Assembly (NCBI GenBank): GCA_913020725.1
Contig: CAJWCD010000005.1
Location: 1-55,678 of the forward strand
Reading direction: 5' to 3'
DNA length: 55,678 nucleotides
Source of the DNA: an uncultured Pseudomonadota bacterium
GTDB taxonomy: Bacteria > SAR324 > NAC60-12
This document shows, in pieces, positions 29,606 to 39,593 of the stretch. The notes below the pieces were generated by a model, which made no database searches, was not told the origin of the DNA, and saw only the letters and a list, made by a program, of their open reading frames with translations. The position numbers were made by a program, and so were the translations under genes. Within the stretch, counting starts at the first letter, position 1. Every line of letters begins with the position of its first letter.

Positions 29606-31000
29606 ATGCTGAGCCGACACACTCAGGTTTACTTTTCGCTGCTGAGGCTGCTGGACCTCGCCTTGGCGTTCGGAGCGTGGGAACTTGCGTATCAGTTGCG
29701 TTTCTTCTGGTTGAATTGGCCACTTGCCCACGATGTTCCGAGTCAGCAAGAATACTTGCTTGCGGCGACACTCGTTTCCGTCCTCACCGGATTTTCTTTC
29801 TCTTACACCAAAGCTTATCACGTCCAACCTCTGCAAAGAGAGCTGTTTCGAGTGGCAAAAGGAATAGCTGGAGTCATCGTGTTGACACTGGTTGCGGCCT
29901 TCTTCTACCGGGATTTCTCTTTTTCGCGGCTGCATTTTGTTTACTTTGTGGCCATCTTCGCAACAATGGAGCTTACCTCCCGGCTGCTCGCTTACCAAGG
30001 GATGCGCTGGCTCCATGCCCAAGGGTATCACCTTGAGCGCATCCTGCTGATTGGCTCCGGAGAGAGTGCGGCAGGTCTGGCCGAAAAGCTCTCAAGGTTG
30101 CAAGCTGCGGGAATCGTGCTTGAGGGGGTGATCACCCCCACTTCTGGAGAGCAAGCCCCGTTTGCCAAGCACATCCCCCACCTTGGCCCTCTTGAGTCGT
30201 TGGCTCACATTATTGTCCAGCGCCGGATTGATCAAGTTTTTCTGGCCTTGGCTCCTGGTGAGCAACGGCTCTTGCCCGAACTGCAATCCCAGCTTTCAAA
30301 GCACTGGGTCGATGTCCGGATCGCCCCGAACTTGGGGGACTTCCGGACTCTCCACACGGAGGTTGAGACTGTGGAAGGCATTCCCATTGTCACCGTCGTG
30401 CAAAGCCCGCTGGAGGGCTGGAACCGTGTTTTGAAACGAAGCTTGGACTTGCTCGGAGCACTCGCTGCACTGTTGATTTTTGGACCGCTCATGCTGCTCG
30501 TGGCTTTGCTTGTATGCTTGACCTCTCCGGGGCCAATCCTCTACCGACAGGAGCGTATGGGCTTGGACGGCCACTTGTTTTATGCCCTCAAGTTTCGTTC
30601 CATGAGAGTCGATGCCGAACAAAGCTCCGGAGCAATCTGGACCAAGCAGGACGATGACCGAGTCACCCCTTTGGGGCGTTGGTTGCGCCGCTTGAGTTTC
30701 GATGAATTGCCCCAGTTCTTCAACGTGCTCTGGGGAGAGATGAGCTTGGTGGGACCACGCCCGGAGCGTCCGGTTTTCATTGATCAATTCAAAACGAAAA
30801 TCCCAGGCTACATGCTGCGTCAAAAGGTCAAATCCGGGATCACGGGCTGGGCGCAAATCAACGGCTGGCGCGGCAATACCTCTCTTGAAAAACGCATCGA
30901 GTGCGATCTCTACTACATCGAAAACTGGTCCATCTGGTTGGATCTCAAAATTCTTGCCCTCACCCCTTTCAAGGGTTTCATCCATCAAAACGCCTACTGA
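29606..31000 (+). CDS. wcaJ: Undecaprenyl-phosphate glucose phosphotransferase
   Basis: N-terminal TMs; 'KRSLD', 'KFRSM', 'DELPQFFNVL.GEMSLVGPRPERP', 'GITGWAQING'. Confidence 0.9.
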   Translation: MLSRHTQVYFSLLRLLDLALAFGAWELAYQLRFFWLNWPLAHDVPSQQEYLLAATLVSVLTGFSFSYTKAYHVQPLQRELFRVAKGIAGVIVLTLVAAFFYRDFSFSRLHFVYFVAIFATMELTSRLLAYQGMRWLHAQGYHLERILLIGSGESAAGLAEKLSRLQAAGIVLEGVITPTSGEQAPFAKHIPHLGPLESLAHIIVQRRIDQVFLALAPGEQRLLPELQSQLSKHWVDVRIAPNLGDFRTLHTEVETVEGIPIVTVVQSPLEGWNRVLKRSLDLLGALAALLIFGPLMLLVALLVCLTSPGPILYRQERMGLDGHLFYALKFRSMRVDAEQSSGAIWTKQDDDRVTPLGRWLRRLSFDELPQFFNVLWGEMSLVGPRPERPVFIDQFKTKIPGYMLRQKVKSGITGWAQINGWRGNTSLEKRIECDLYYIENWSIWLDLKILALTPFKGFIHQNAY

Positions 31001-31427
31001 TCTCCAAGGTTACACCTTGTTGGAAGTCGTGATCACGCTTGGAATCATCAGCCTCCTCTTGGGGCTGGCGTGGCCGTCCTTCCAACCGTGGAATGAGCGT
31101 GTACAGTTGGAAACGGAACTTGCGACGATCCGGGGCTTTGCCGAAGAAGCACAATGGTTGGCGCTCAGCACCCGCACCCGCCATTGGCTTGCAGGAAATG
31201 CGGACTCCGTTGAACTCCAACGCTCCGGAAACTCCGGATCCGAAACGCTCGACGCGCAACCACTGCCTCCGGATCTACAAGTCTCGGCCACCCGCTGGCC
31301 CAGTTTCAGTGCGTTTGGATTCGCCCAGGGCGGCACAATCACCCTGCGTTCTGGAACCCACGAGGGCAAGGTTGTGGTCAGCCCGCTTGGCCGCATCCGG
31401 ATCACGGGGCCGAATCGCCTCAACTGA
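30954..31427 (+). CDS. Type II secretion pseudopilin / type IV minor pilin (GspH/FimT-like)
   Basis: Prepilin cleavage motif G|YTLLEV with E5 and hydrophobic helix; C-terminal 'GGTITL...VVVSPLGRIRI'; start uncertain (TTG 30954). Confidence 0.75.
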   Translation: MPSPLSRVSSIKTPTDLQGYTLLEVVITLGIISLLLGLAWPSFQPWNERVQLETELATIRGFAEEAQWLALSTRTRHWLAGNADSVELQRSGNSGSETLDAQPLPPDLQVSATRWPSFSAFGFAQGGTITLRSGTHEGKVVVSPLGRIRITGPNRLN

Positions 31428-31452
31428 ACGCCGAAACCTGATCGTTTCCAAC

Positions 31453-32244
31453 GTGCCACTTTCCCTGAACGCACAAATTCTGGGCGAACCCGGGCCTGCT
31501 CTTGTCGTGCTGCACGGTTTGTTCGGTTTCCACACCAACTGGCGGAGCTTTGGCCGCAAGCTCTCCGGCCAGTGCCAAGTCCACTTGCTCGACCTGCGGA
31601 ACCACGGGGATTCGCCCCACAGCGACACAATGGACTATCCGGGCATGGCAGCAGATGTTTTGGCCTACCTCGACCACCATGCCCTCGCCAACCCGATTCT
31701 GCTGGGACACAGCATGGGCGGCAAGGTGGCGATGACCCTTGCCCTCCAAAATCCAGAACGCCTGCGGGTGTTGCTTGTGGCGGACATCGCTCCGGTGCGC
31801 TACGATCAAGGGGGCGAACACCGCACGATGATCGAAGCGCTCTTGGCGGTGGCACTTGAAAACCAGACACGCGCTCAGATTGACGAACAGGTCAGAGCAG
31901 CTATTCCGGATGCCTCGATTCGCAATTTTCTGCTCCAGAATCTTATCCGTAGCAAAACCGGATGGCACTGGCGTTTGAACCTTGCGGGTTTGCAGAACGC
32001 GCTTCCGGACTTGAGGGGTTTTCCTGAGTCGGATTCTACATATCCAAAATCAACGCTTTTCATCCGGGGCGAACGTTCGGCCTATGTGCTGCCCGGACAC
32101 CGGGCAGAAATCCGCCTGCGGTTTCCGAAACACCAACTCGTCACCCTGAAAAATGCCGGACACTGGCTCCACGTAGAACAACCGGAAGCCTTCCAAAGCA
32201 CTGTCCGGAGCTTCTTGAATCACCTCTCCACGCCCAACCCTTGA
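31453..32244 (+). CDS. Alpha/beta hydrolase (YbfF/ABHD11-like esterase)
   Basis: 'LHGLFG', 'DLRNHG.S', 'GHSMGGK', 'DIAP', 'AGHWLHVEQP'; GTG 31453. Confidence 0.9.
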   Translation: MPLSLNAQILGEPGPALVVLHGLFGFHTNWRSFGRKLSGQCQVHLLDLRNHGDSPHSDTMDYPGMAADVLAYLDHHALANPILLGHSMGGKVAMTLALQNPERLRVLLVADIAPVRYDQGGEHRTMIEALLAVALENQTRAQIDEQVRAAIPDASIRNFLLQNLIRSKTGWHWRLNLAGLQNALPDLRGFPESDSTYPKSTLFIRGERSAYVLPGHRAEIRLRFPKHQLVTLKNAGHWLHVEQPEAFQSTVRSFLNHLSTPNP

Positions 32245-33122
32245 ACACGCCAACCGAACTCACCATTCCCCTCCAGCATCTCAAGCTCACAGCACGAGTC
32301 TGGGGTCCGGAGGATGCCCCTCCAGTGATCGCTTGCCACGGCTGGCTTGACAACGCAGCTTCCTTTGATCACCTCGCTCCGTTACTGCCGGATTGCCGAT
32401 TGGTGGCACTTGACCTCCCCGGACACGCTCATTCCGACCATCGTCCTCCGGGCGCGGTGTACCATTTTCTCGACATGGTTTCCGAACTCTTTGAGGTTGC
32501 GGATTATTTCGGTTGGGAAAAATTCGCACTGCTGGGGCATTCGATGGGCGCGGGCCTCAGCACGATCACAGCGGGAACGTTTCCGGAACGCATCACACGG
32601 CTTCTGCTCATCGAAGGACTGGGACCGCTTGCCAAACCGGCGGAGGAAGCCCCGGACATCCTGAGGGAGTCCGTCGAGTTGTGGCAGGCTTTTCCCAAAA
32701 AACGGATGCCGCAGTACGTTTCGGAACAGGTGGCGGTGGTGGCACGACACGCAGTGAGCGACATGGCGGAATCATCAGTGCACGCCCTCGTGCAGCGCAA
32801 TCTTCGCCCGGAAGGCGAGCGCTTCACTTGGCGCACCGATCCCCGGCTCAAAGTGCGCTCCCGTGTTTACCTCACTGAAGCACAAGTGTGTGCATTTCTA
32901 GCAAATCTGCGGATGCCCACATTGCTCATCACGGGCAAGCAAAGCGTGTTGGCCGAGTGGCTTGACCTGATTCACTCCCGCATCGCGCTGGTGTCCGCGC
33001 TGGAGCATGTCGAACTGAACGGGGGGCATCATCTGCACCTCGACAATCCGGAGTCGGTTGCCGAAGCGATTCGGCAGTTTCTCTTCCGGAATCCCTGCAT
33101 TTCCGAGCATTCACCCACTTGA
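32241..33122 (+). CDS. Alpha/beta hydrolase
   Basis: 'HGWLDNAASF', 'DLPGH', 'GHSMGA', 'WRTDPRL', 'GGHHLHL'. Confidence 0.9.
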   Translation: MNTPTELTIPLQHLKLTARVWGPEDAPPVIACHGWLDNAASFDHLAPLLPDCRLVALDLPGHAHSDHRPPGAVYHFLDMVSELFEVADYFGWEKFALLGHSMGAGLSTITAGTFPERITRLLLIEGLGPLAKPAEEAPDILRESVELWQAFPKKRMPQYVSEQVAVVARHAVSDMAESSVHALVQRNLRPEGERFTWRTDPRLKVRSRVYLTEAQVCAFLANLRMPTLLITGKQSVLAEWLDLIHSRIALVSALEHVELNGGHHLHLDNPESVAEAIRQFLFRNPCISEHSPT

Positions 33123-33129
33123 GTTGAGC

Positions 33130-33951
33130 ATGCCCCAATCCACAAAGGGAACGGAGCAGGAACTTCCCAAACTCCAAGTGGCCTCGCCCGGCAAGCGGCT
33201 ATTTGCACTGATCTTCGATTTCATCATCGCCCTGCTGATCAGCAACACTCTGGAACAAATCTTCCGGGAGGAACACTGGGATCTCGTGCGCCGTGAGCAA
33301 ACGTGGATCGAACTGCTGCCCTTTTACGCAGGACTGTTCGGGATGCTAGTGCTGCGAGATGCGGTGCGTGGGGTCAGTCCTGGAAAGCTGCTGCTCGGCT
33401 TGTCCGCACGAAGTCGGGACGCGATTCTGACGCCGCTCGACACGGGACGCGGGCTGTTGCGTGGAGTGCCGTTCGCGGTGTTTCCGCTGGAGGGAATGAT
33501 AATGCTGTGGGATTTGCAGCGGGGTAGTGGCTTAGGGCAGCGGCTTGGAGATCGCTGGGCGAACACGGTGGTCATCGAAAACCCGCAGGCGCTACGCCCC
33601 ATGCTGCGCATCCTGCTGGCGAACACGATCCTCTTCGGATTCTTCGGGGCTGCGCTGCTGTTGCAGGACTTCACCCTCCGCAAAACCGCTGCCTACCAAA
33701 CCACCGCCCAACACCTCCGCACCCACCCGGACACCGAGGCTTTGCTGGCCCACTATCCCGAACTCAACGAACCGGAACTCAGCCTCGACCTCCGCTCAGC
33801 AAGCGGCCTCTCCGAGGTGCGGCTGCGCATTGGTCCTCCGAACGAAGATTCCGGACACACTGCGACGTTGAAGCTGCAATTTCTTGAAGGCCCGACTCCC
33901 CGCTGGGAGGTCGTGGAGACGCGGCTGGAGGCCATCCGGGAAGAGGACTAG
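33130..33951 (+). CDS. RDD family membrane protein
   Basis: 'KRLFALIFD', 'SPGKLLLGL', 'QRLGDRWANTVV'. Confidence 0.8.
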   Translation: MPQSTKGTEQELPKLQVASPGKRLFALIFDFIIALLISNTLEQIFREEHWDLVRREQTWIELLPFYAGLFGMLVLRDAVRGVSPGKLLLGLSARSRDAILTPLDTGRGLLRGVPFAVFPLEGMIMLWDLQRGSGLGQRLGDRWANTVVIENPQALRPMLRILLANTILFGFFGAALLLQDFTLRKTAAYQTTAQHLRTHPDTEALLAHYPELNEPELSLDLRSASGLSEVRLRIGPPNEDSGHTATLKLQFLEGPTPRWEVVETRLEAIREED

Positions 33952-34910
33952 CTGGCGAGCGGCAGGGAATCCGGAAGCGGCTCCGCGTACTTGCGCAAAG
34001 TTGTCATTTCGGCAAGGAATGCCGTTTCCGTTTTGCACTGCATGAGTCGCATCCGCCATTCCTTCGCACGGCGGAATCCGGAAAGGTAACTACCGAGGTA
34101 CTTACGAAATTCCGGCACGGCTGCCCGTTCGGGACGAAGTTTGCGCAGGAGATGGTAGTGATCCAGCGCGACATCAATGCGCTCGAACAGTGCGGGTGGT
34201 GAAGTTTTAGCGAAATGCCGGAACACCCAGGGATCGCCAATTGCCGCTCGTCCAATCATAAACCCATCCAGATTCCGGAGTTTTCGCAGGCCGTCGGCAT
34301 GATTGGCTACATCGCCATTGCCAAGCAACAGAATGGCAATATGCTTTTTCAACTCGTAGATTGGGTCCCAGCCAGCCTCGCCCTTGAAGGCTTGGCGGTA
34401 AGTGCGCCCGTGAATCGTTAGCAGAGACGCTCCGGCAGATTCCAACCGCTTGGCGAAGGGGATCAGTTCAGATGCGTCTGACCACCCGAGTCGTGTTTTC
34501 ACCGACACCTCCAGCCCGCTGGCTTCACGCACCGACTCGATGATCCGGCAGGCAAGGTCCGGTTCGCGCATGAGGGCACTGCCATGCTGCGAGTGGACGA
34601 TTTTCTTTGCGGGGCAACCCATGTTGATATCCACCCCCAGCATACCGTGATCCACCACCATGCGTGAGGCCTCGGCAAAGGTTTCCGGATCGTTACCGAA
34701 AAGTTGCATGAAGAGCGGGTGCTCGCAGGGTTCGTGGTCGAGCCGCTGCCGGACGTGTGCGCTGCGGACAAGACCATCAACGCTGGTGAACTCGCTGAAC
34801 AACACCACCTCTGGATTGAGGCGGCGTACCACCTGACGGTAGGCGGAGTTCGTCACCCCATCCATCGGGGCGAGACAGACAATCGGACGGGGAAATTCGG
34901 ACCAGCGCAT
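33948..34910 (-). CDS. tRNA-dihydrouridine synthase (DusB-like)
   Basis: 'LAPMDG', 'QLFG', 'DINMGCP', 'SVKTRLGW', 'HGRT', 'GNGD', 'MIGR'. Confidence 0.93.
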   Translation of the reverse strand: MRWSEFPRPIVCLAPMDGVTNSAYRQVVRRLNPEVVLFSEFTSVDGLVRSAHVRQRLDHEPCEHPLFMQLFGNDPETFAEASRMVVDHGMLGVDINMGCPAKKIVHSQHGSALMREPDLACRIIESVREASGLEVSVKTRLGWSDASELIPFAKRLESAGASLLTIHGRTYRQAFKGEAGWDPIYELKKHIAILLLGNGDVANHADGLRKLRNLDGFMIGRAAIGDPWVFRHFAKTSPPALFERIDVALDHYHLLRKLRPERAAVPEFRKYLGSYLSGFRRAKEWRMRLMQCKTETAFLAEMTTLRKYAEPLPDSLPLAS

Positions 34911-34973
34911 GAAAATTCCGACGGTTTACAATCCCTTCAAGTTACGGGATTTTGCCGTTGAAGTCCAGCAGGG

Positions 34974-34989
34974 AGGCATGGCTCGTGCT
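34974..34989 (+). promoter_or_regulatory. Possible sigma54 (-24/-12) promoter for fliG
   Basis: AGGCAT-GGCTC-GTGCT, GG-N10-GC spacing, about 140 nt before fliG; imperfect match. Confidence 0.35.
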
Positions 34990-35131
34990 TTGTTTTCCAA
35001 GAGGAAAGCAATTGTCCTTGCTCTTTGGAGAACACACCATTATGCTTTGACCATCCCTGTGGGATGAGGAGATCATAAGGCACACGGAGGCTCGTTTCCA
35101 AATACCCCCGGAATTTTTTGCAGGTTAGCTC

Positions 35132-36145
35132 ATGAGTGTTGGCAAACTGACTGGCCCGAAGAAGGCCGCCATTCTGCTGCTCGCCCTTGGCGAGGACGGT
35201 GCTGCCGAGGTGATGAAGAACCTCGAAGAATCGGAAATCCAGCAGGTTGGCTACTACATGACCCGCTTCACCGATGTCGCGCCGGAAGAGCTCGACATCG
35301 TGCTGGAAGAGTTCTACCGCAACTCTGTGATGCAGGAGGAAGGCGTCAACATTAACGCCTCTCCGGATTTCGTCAAGAACGCCCTCAGCAAGGCGCTGGG
35401 TGCGGACAAGGCGAAGGAACTGGAAGGCAACCTGCGTTCCGGACAGGAGGAAGGCGGACTCGATGCCCTGCGCTATGTGGATCCGGTGATGATCTCCAAC
35501 TACATTCGGGGCGAGCATCCGCAGACAATTGCGCTGGTGCTTGCCTACCTCAACAACATCGAACAGTCCTCGACCGTCCTCCGCAGCCTTCCGGAAAACC
35601 TGCAAGCAGATGTCATGTATCGCATGGCGGTGATTGACAGCATCCCACCCGGAGTGGTGTCGGAGATGAACGACGTACTGTTCGAAGAAATGAAGAGTGC
35701 AAGCAGCATGGTCACAAAAGTTGGCGGGGTCACGCCCGTTGCCGAAATCCTCAACGCCGTGGACAAGGCCACCGAGACGCGCATCCTCTCCACCATCGAG
35801 GAACAGAACCCGGACTTGGCAGAGCAAATCCGCGAACTCATGTTCACCTTCGAGGACCTCTCAGCCATCGACGCCAAGCAGATGCAGACGGTTCTCAAGG
35901 ACGTCGATATTCCGGACCTCACGCTAGCGCTCAAGACCGCCAGCGACGCCGTCAAGGAACTCATCTTCACCTCAATGTCCTCCAAGCAGGGGGAGATGGT
36001 GCGGGACGATTTGGAGAACTTGGGGCCGGTGCGGGTTGCGGACGTGGAAGCTGCGCAGCAGAAGATCATCAAGGTGGTTAAGAAGCTCGAAGAGGAAGGC
36101 ACGATCGTCATCGCCGGCGGCGGTGGCGGCAGCGACGTGGTCTGA
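35132..36145 (+). CDS. fliG: Flagellar motor switch protein FliG
   Basis: 'KAAILLLALG', 'EHPQTIAL', 'GG...AEILN', 'MFTFEDL', 'GPVRVADVEAAQ'. Confidence 0.95.
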   Translation: MSVGKLTGPKKAAILLLALGEDGAAEVMKNLEESEIQQVGYYMTRFTDVAPEELDIVLEEFYRNSVMQEEGVNINASPDFVKNALSKALGADKAKELEGNLRSGQEEGGLDALRYVDPVMISNYIRGEHPQTIALVLAYLNNIEQSSTVLRSLPENLQADVMYRMAVIDSIPPGVVSEMNDVLFEEMKSASSMVTKVGGVTPVAEILNAVDKATETRILSTIEEQNPDLAEQIRELMFTFEDLSAIDAKQMQTVLKDVDIPDLTLALKTASDAVKELIFTSMSSKQGEMVRDDLENLGPVRVADVEAAQQKIIKVVKKLEEEGTIVIAGGGGGSDVV

Positions 36146-36153
36146 CACGCCCC

Positions 36154-36996
36154 TCAGAGCTTCAGCAACACGACCCCTGCTGTCACGCAAGCTACGGCCA
36201 GCAGACGGAAGAGGTCGAAGCGTTCCTTCAGCACCACCACCGCCAGCAGCGAGGCCATCACCACGCTGGTTTCTCGCAAGGCTGAGACCAACATGATGGG
36301 GGCTTCGTTCATGGCCCACATCACGGCCCCGTAAGCATACCCCGAGAAAATCCCAGCCCAAAGCCCTTTGCTGCCCGTTCCGATCAGCACACGGGCCGTT
36401 TCTCTCCGGAATCGATACGTTGTGGCAACCAGCATCAGGAGCATTTCCAGAGTGAAGAGCCAACTCATGTAGGCCCAGACGTTTCCGGAAAGCCGCACGC
36501 CCATGCCATCCACCACCGTATACGAACCAATGAACACCCCGGTTCCCAGCGCATAGAGCAAGGCTTGAGGATGTTTACGGAGTGAGGTGGGATTCCGCAA
36601 TCCCAGCGTGAGGATCCCCACAGCGGTCAAGCCAAAGGCCAGCAGTTGGAGTTGGGTAACCGGGTCGTCCAAGAGCAAGATCGAGGCGCCCCCCACCAGT
36701 AGCGGGGCTATTCCCCGGGCAATGGGGTAGGTGAATCCCAGATCTCCGTGGGTGTAGGAACGAATGAGAAAGAGGTAATAACCGCCGTGGATGACAACGG
36801 ACGTCAGCAGTAGCGGCCATGATTCGGGGGCGATGATGCCTCCAATCCACGGCATCGCCGCCAAGGCGAGCATTCCGGTGACGGTGTGCATCACGCACAT
36901 CATCGCCATGCGGTCGCCTGTCTGTTTCAAGAAAAGATTCCACGTCGCATGCGTGAGGGCAGCCCCCAACACAATGCAGAGTACAAGGATAGGCAT
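36154..36996 (-). CDS. DMT/EamA family transporter
   Basis: 'AALTHATWN', 'GDLGFTYPIARG', 'YTVVDG', 'SALRETSV'. Confidence 0.88.
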   Translation of the reverse strand: MPILVLCIVLGAALTHATWNLFLKQTGDRMAMMCVMHTVTGMLALAAMPWIGGIIAPESWPLLLTSVVIHGGYYLFLIRSYTHGDLGFTYPIARGIAPLLVGGASILLLDDPVTQLQLLAFGLTAVGILTLGLRNPTSLRKHPQALLYALGTGVFIGSYTVVDGMGVRLSGNVWAYMSWLFTLEMLLMLVATTYRFRRETARVLIGTGSKGLWAGIFSGYAYGAVMWAMNEAPIMLVSALRETSVVMASLLAVVVLKERFDLFRLLAVACVTAGVVLLKL

Positions 36997-37058
36997 GTTG
37001 CGAATTTTCTCTAAATCCCCTAGGTTGATCCCTTGGCTTTTTTAGAACATTTCAGGAT

Positions 37059-37913
37059 ATGAAAACCTTCCTCGACAAGATGAAAGACCTCAAGGCAGAA
37101 GAGTGTGCCCGACGAGGTTTGCAGATTTCCGAGGAAGAACTTCGTGAAAAAATCTCCGGACTGCCCATTCCGAATTCGCTTTCCACGGCACTGACCCGTA
37201 ACTCCGGAAATTCACCTGCGATCATCGCCGAGATCAAGGCCCGTGCTCCCGGACGTGAGAACGTCTCGGAACTCAAGCTTGAATCCGTCATCCGCGACTA
37301 CGAATCCGGAGGGGCCGCTGCGATCTCTGTGCTGACTGACGAGCAGTATTTTGGCGGCTCGCTGGAATCGCTGGCAACTGCATCCACACTCACGGACTTG
37401 CCCTTGCTACACAAGGAGTTCATCTTCTCGCCTTATCAGTTGTTGGAGGGCCGCATCCGGGGTGCGAGTGCTGCGCTGATCCTCGCCTATTACTTCACGG
37501 AGGAGGAATTGCGTTCCATCCTTGAGGAGGCACGCAACATCGGTCTGGAGTGCGTGGTTGAGGTTTCGTTGGAATCAGAAGTGCCCAGAGTGCTTGCGGT
37601 GAATCCGGATCTTCTCATGGTCAACAACCGCGCTATCGCCGCCCTCCCGGAAAATCCCACAAAGACTTACATGCAAGGCTCCCCGCAGGTCACGGTGGAC
37701 TACTGGAACCACCACGCTGACCTCCGAAAGTGGAAACAGCAACCTGGCAAGCTGCTGATCAGCGCCAGCAGTGTCAGCACACCTGCGGACACTGCCGTGC
37801 TTGCTTCGGTGCCTTGCGATGCCGTCCTTGTTGGCAACGCAGCCATGACCGCCACAGATCGAGTGAGCTTTCTCCATTCACTGAACACTCCAGTCCAATC
37901 TCACGCCGCCTGA
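37059..37913 (+). CDS. trpC: Indole-3-glycerol-phosphate synthase family protein (divergent)
   Basis: 'IIAEIK', 'GAAAISVLTDEQYFGGS', 'YQL...GASA', 'NNR', 'AVLVG'; several motifs altered. Confidence 0.72.
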   Translation: MKTFLDKMKDLKAEECARRGLQISEEELREKISGLPIPNSLSTALTRNSGNSPAIIAEIKARAPGRENVSELKLESVIRDYESGGAAAISVLTDEQYFGGSLESLATASTLTDLPLLHKEFIFSPYQLLEGRIRGASAALILAYYFTEEELRSILEEARNIGLECVVEVSLESEVPRVLAVNPDLLMVNNRAIAALPENPTKTYMQGSPQVTVDYWNHHADLRKWKQQPGKLLISASSVSTPADTAVLASVPCDAVLVGNAAMTATDRVSFLHSLNTPVQSHAA

Positions 37914-37920
37914 TCGAAAT

Positions 37921-38376
37921 ATGCTTAAATCTCCCTCTCCTTCGGCCCTCAGTGTCCTTGTTGTGGACGACGACGAGAACATCCGCATGGTGCTGCAACG
38001 CACCCTGAGCAAGCTTGGCTATCACGTCAGCACCGCCCGCAGTGCTGAAGAAGCCCTCAGTACGCTGGAGCGTAGTTTTTTCCAAGTTGTGATCTCGGAC
38101 ATCATGATGGAAGAGATGACCGGAATCGAGCTGCTCCAGCAAATCAAGGAAATGAACTCACTAATGCAGATTTACATCATGACCGCGCACAGCAACCTTC
38201 CGAACGTGATCCAGTGCATGAAGGGAGGTGCCTACGATTATTTCGAGAAACCACTCAAGGTGGAGGAAGTCGTGACTTCGCTCCGGGAGGCGCAACGTCG
38301 GGCCGAGCGCTGGAACGAGTTGTTCAAACGTCACTCCACCGCTGCAAGTCAGGGAGCCAGCAGCGAGGGCTTGTGA
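37921..38376 (+). CDS. Single-domain response regulator (receiver)
   Basis: 'VLVVDDD', phosphoacceptor Asp in 'ISDIMM', 'MTA', 'GAYDYFEKP'. Confidence 0.9.
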   Translation: MLKSPSPSALSVLVVDDDENIRMVLQRTLSKLGYHVSTARSAEEALSTLERSFFQVVISDIMMEEMTGIELLQQIKEMNSLMQIYIMTAHSNLPNVIQCMKGGAYDYFEKPLKVEEVVTSLREAQRRAERWNELFKRHSTAASQGASSEGL

Positions 38377-38382
38377 AACGGA

Positions 38383-39360
38383 TCAGGTGGTACGGTTGAC
38401 CACGAACTCGGTCAGTTCTGAGAGCAGTTTCCTAGTTGGTGAATCCGGCAGGGAGACGAGGCTAGTTTGCGCTTCATCGGCAAAACGCTGCGCGGCTCCA
38501 AGCGTGTAGGGAATCGAGCCGCAGTCCTGCATCAATCCGATCACTTGGGTCACATGACGATCCGAAATGACGTGTCCGTTGAGGATGGACTGCACTGCGG
38601 TTTGTGCTGCTGAGGAGCCTTGGTGAAGCAGATGGCTGAGGGGCAGCGTGATCTTACGCTCTTGCAGGTCCGTACCCGTCGGTTTGCCGGTTTGCTGCGT
38701 GTCGCCGTAATCCAGTGCGTCGTCCACGACTTGGAACGCCATGCCGAGCGCAGCCCCGTAATCGTAAAGATTTTGGGCTGCTTCCGGAGATGCCCCAGAC
38801 AGTAGTGCTCCCATCTTGATGGCCGCTCCGAACAGACAGGCGGTTTTGCGGTCGATGATCGCGTAGTACGCGGCTTCGCTCGTGTCCAGAAAGTTCCGAG
38901 TGAGTTGCTGCAATTCGCCACACGCCATCTTGGTGGTTGTGTTTGACATCAATTCCAACACATCGGATCGCCGCATCTGCGTGAGCGTGTGAAACGCCAA
39001 CGAGAAGAGGTAGTCTCCGGACAGCACACTGGCCTCGTCACCCCAGAGCATCCGGGGTGCTTTGCGGCCCCGACGCGTTTCTCCGCCATCGACCACATCG
39101 TCGTGCAGTAATGTTGCGGTGTGCAGATACTCGACCACAAGCGCGGCCTGCATCACTCGCTCGTCCGGAGGGCGGAACAGCGAGGCCCCCAGGAGGACCA
39201 TCGCCGGACGCAAACGCTTGCCTCCGGCTTCAAGGAGGTGGGACGAGACCGAGTTAAGCAGCGGGATTTCTGTCTGGGCGTGCTCCCGGATCAGCCCCTC
39301 CAACGCGGCCATCTCTGCAGAGATTAAATCCAAAAACTGCGTCGGTTTGGCCCAAGTCAA
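38383..39360 (-). CDS. ispB: Polyprenyl (octaprenyl) diphosphate synthase
   Basis: 'GGKRLRP', 'HTATLLHDDVVD', 'RRG', 'KTA', 'AFQVVDDALD'; start uncertain (TTG 39360 chosen). Confidence 0.88.
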   Translation of the reverse strand: MTWAKPTQFLDLISAEMAALEGLIREHAQTEIPLLNSVSSHLLEAGGKRLRPAMVLLGASLFRPPDERVMQAALVVEYLHTATLLHDDVVDGGETRRGRKAPRMLWGDEASVLSGDYLFSLAFHTLTQMRRSDVLELMSNTTTKMACGELQQLTRNFLDTSEAAYYAIIDRKTACLFGAAIKMGALLSGASPEAAQNLYDYGAALGMAFQVVDDALDYGDTQQTGKPTGTDLQERKITLPLSHLLHQGSSAAQTAVQSILNGHVISDRHVTQVIGLMQDCGSIPYTLGAAQRFADEAQTSLVSLPDSPTRKLLSELTEFVVNRTT

Positions 39361-39593
39361 GGAATTTGCACTGCTGTTGACCTTGCTTGGCGCTTGTGGA
39401 AACAGCGGCGTGGATGCTTGGGCAGGGGCTTCCTGCAAGGGCAAATTCAAAGGAAGGACTCGGGTGGAATGGTTCTTGGTTGCAGGAAATGGATGAGGTG
39501 TCGAATGCAAATGCAAATGGGAGCATACCAGATGACCACGAGTGTGCCAAGGGCTAACGCCGCTTGTGTGCCTTTCTGTTGTAACATCACCTG

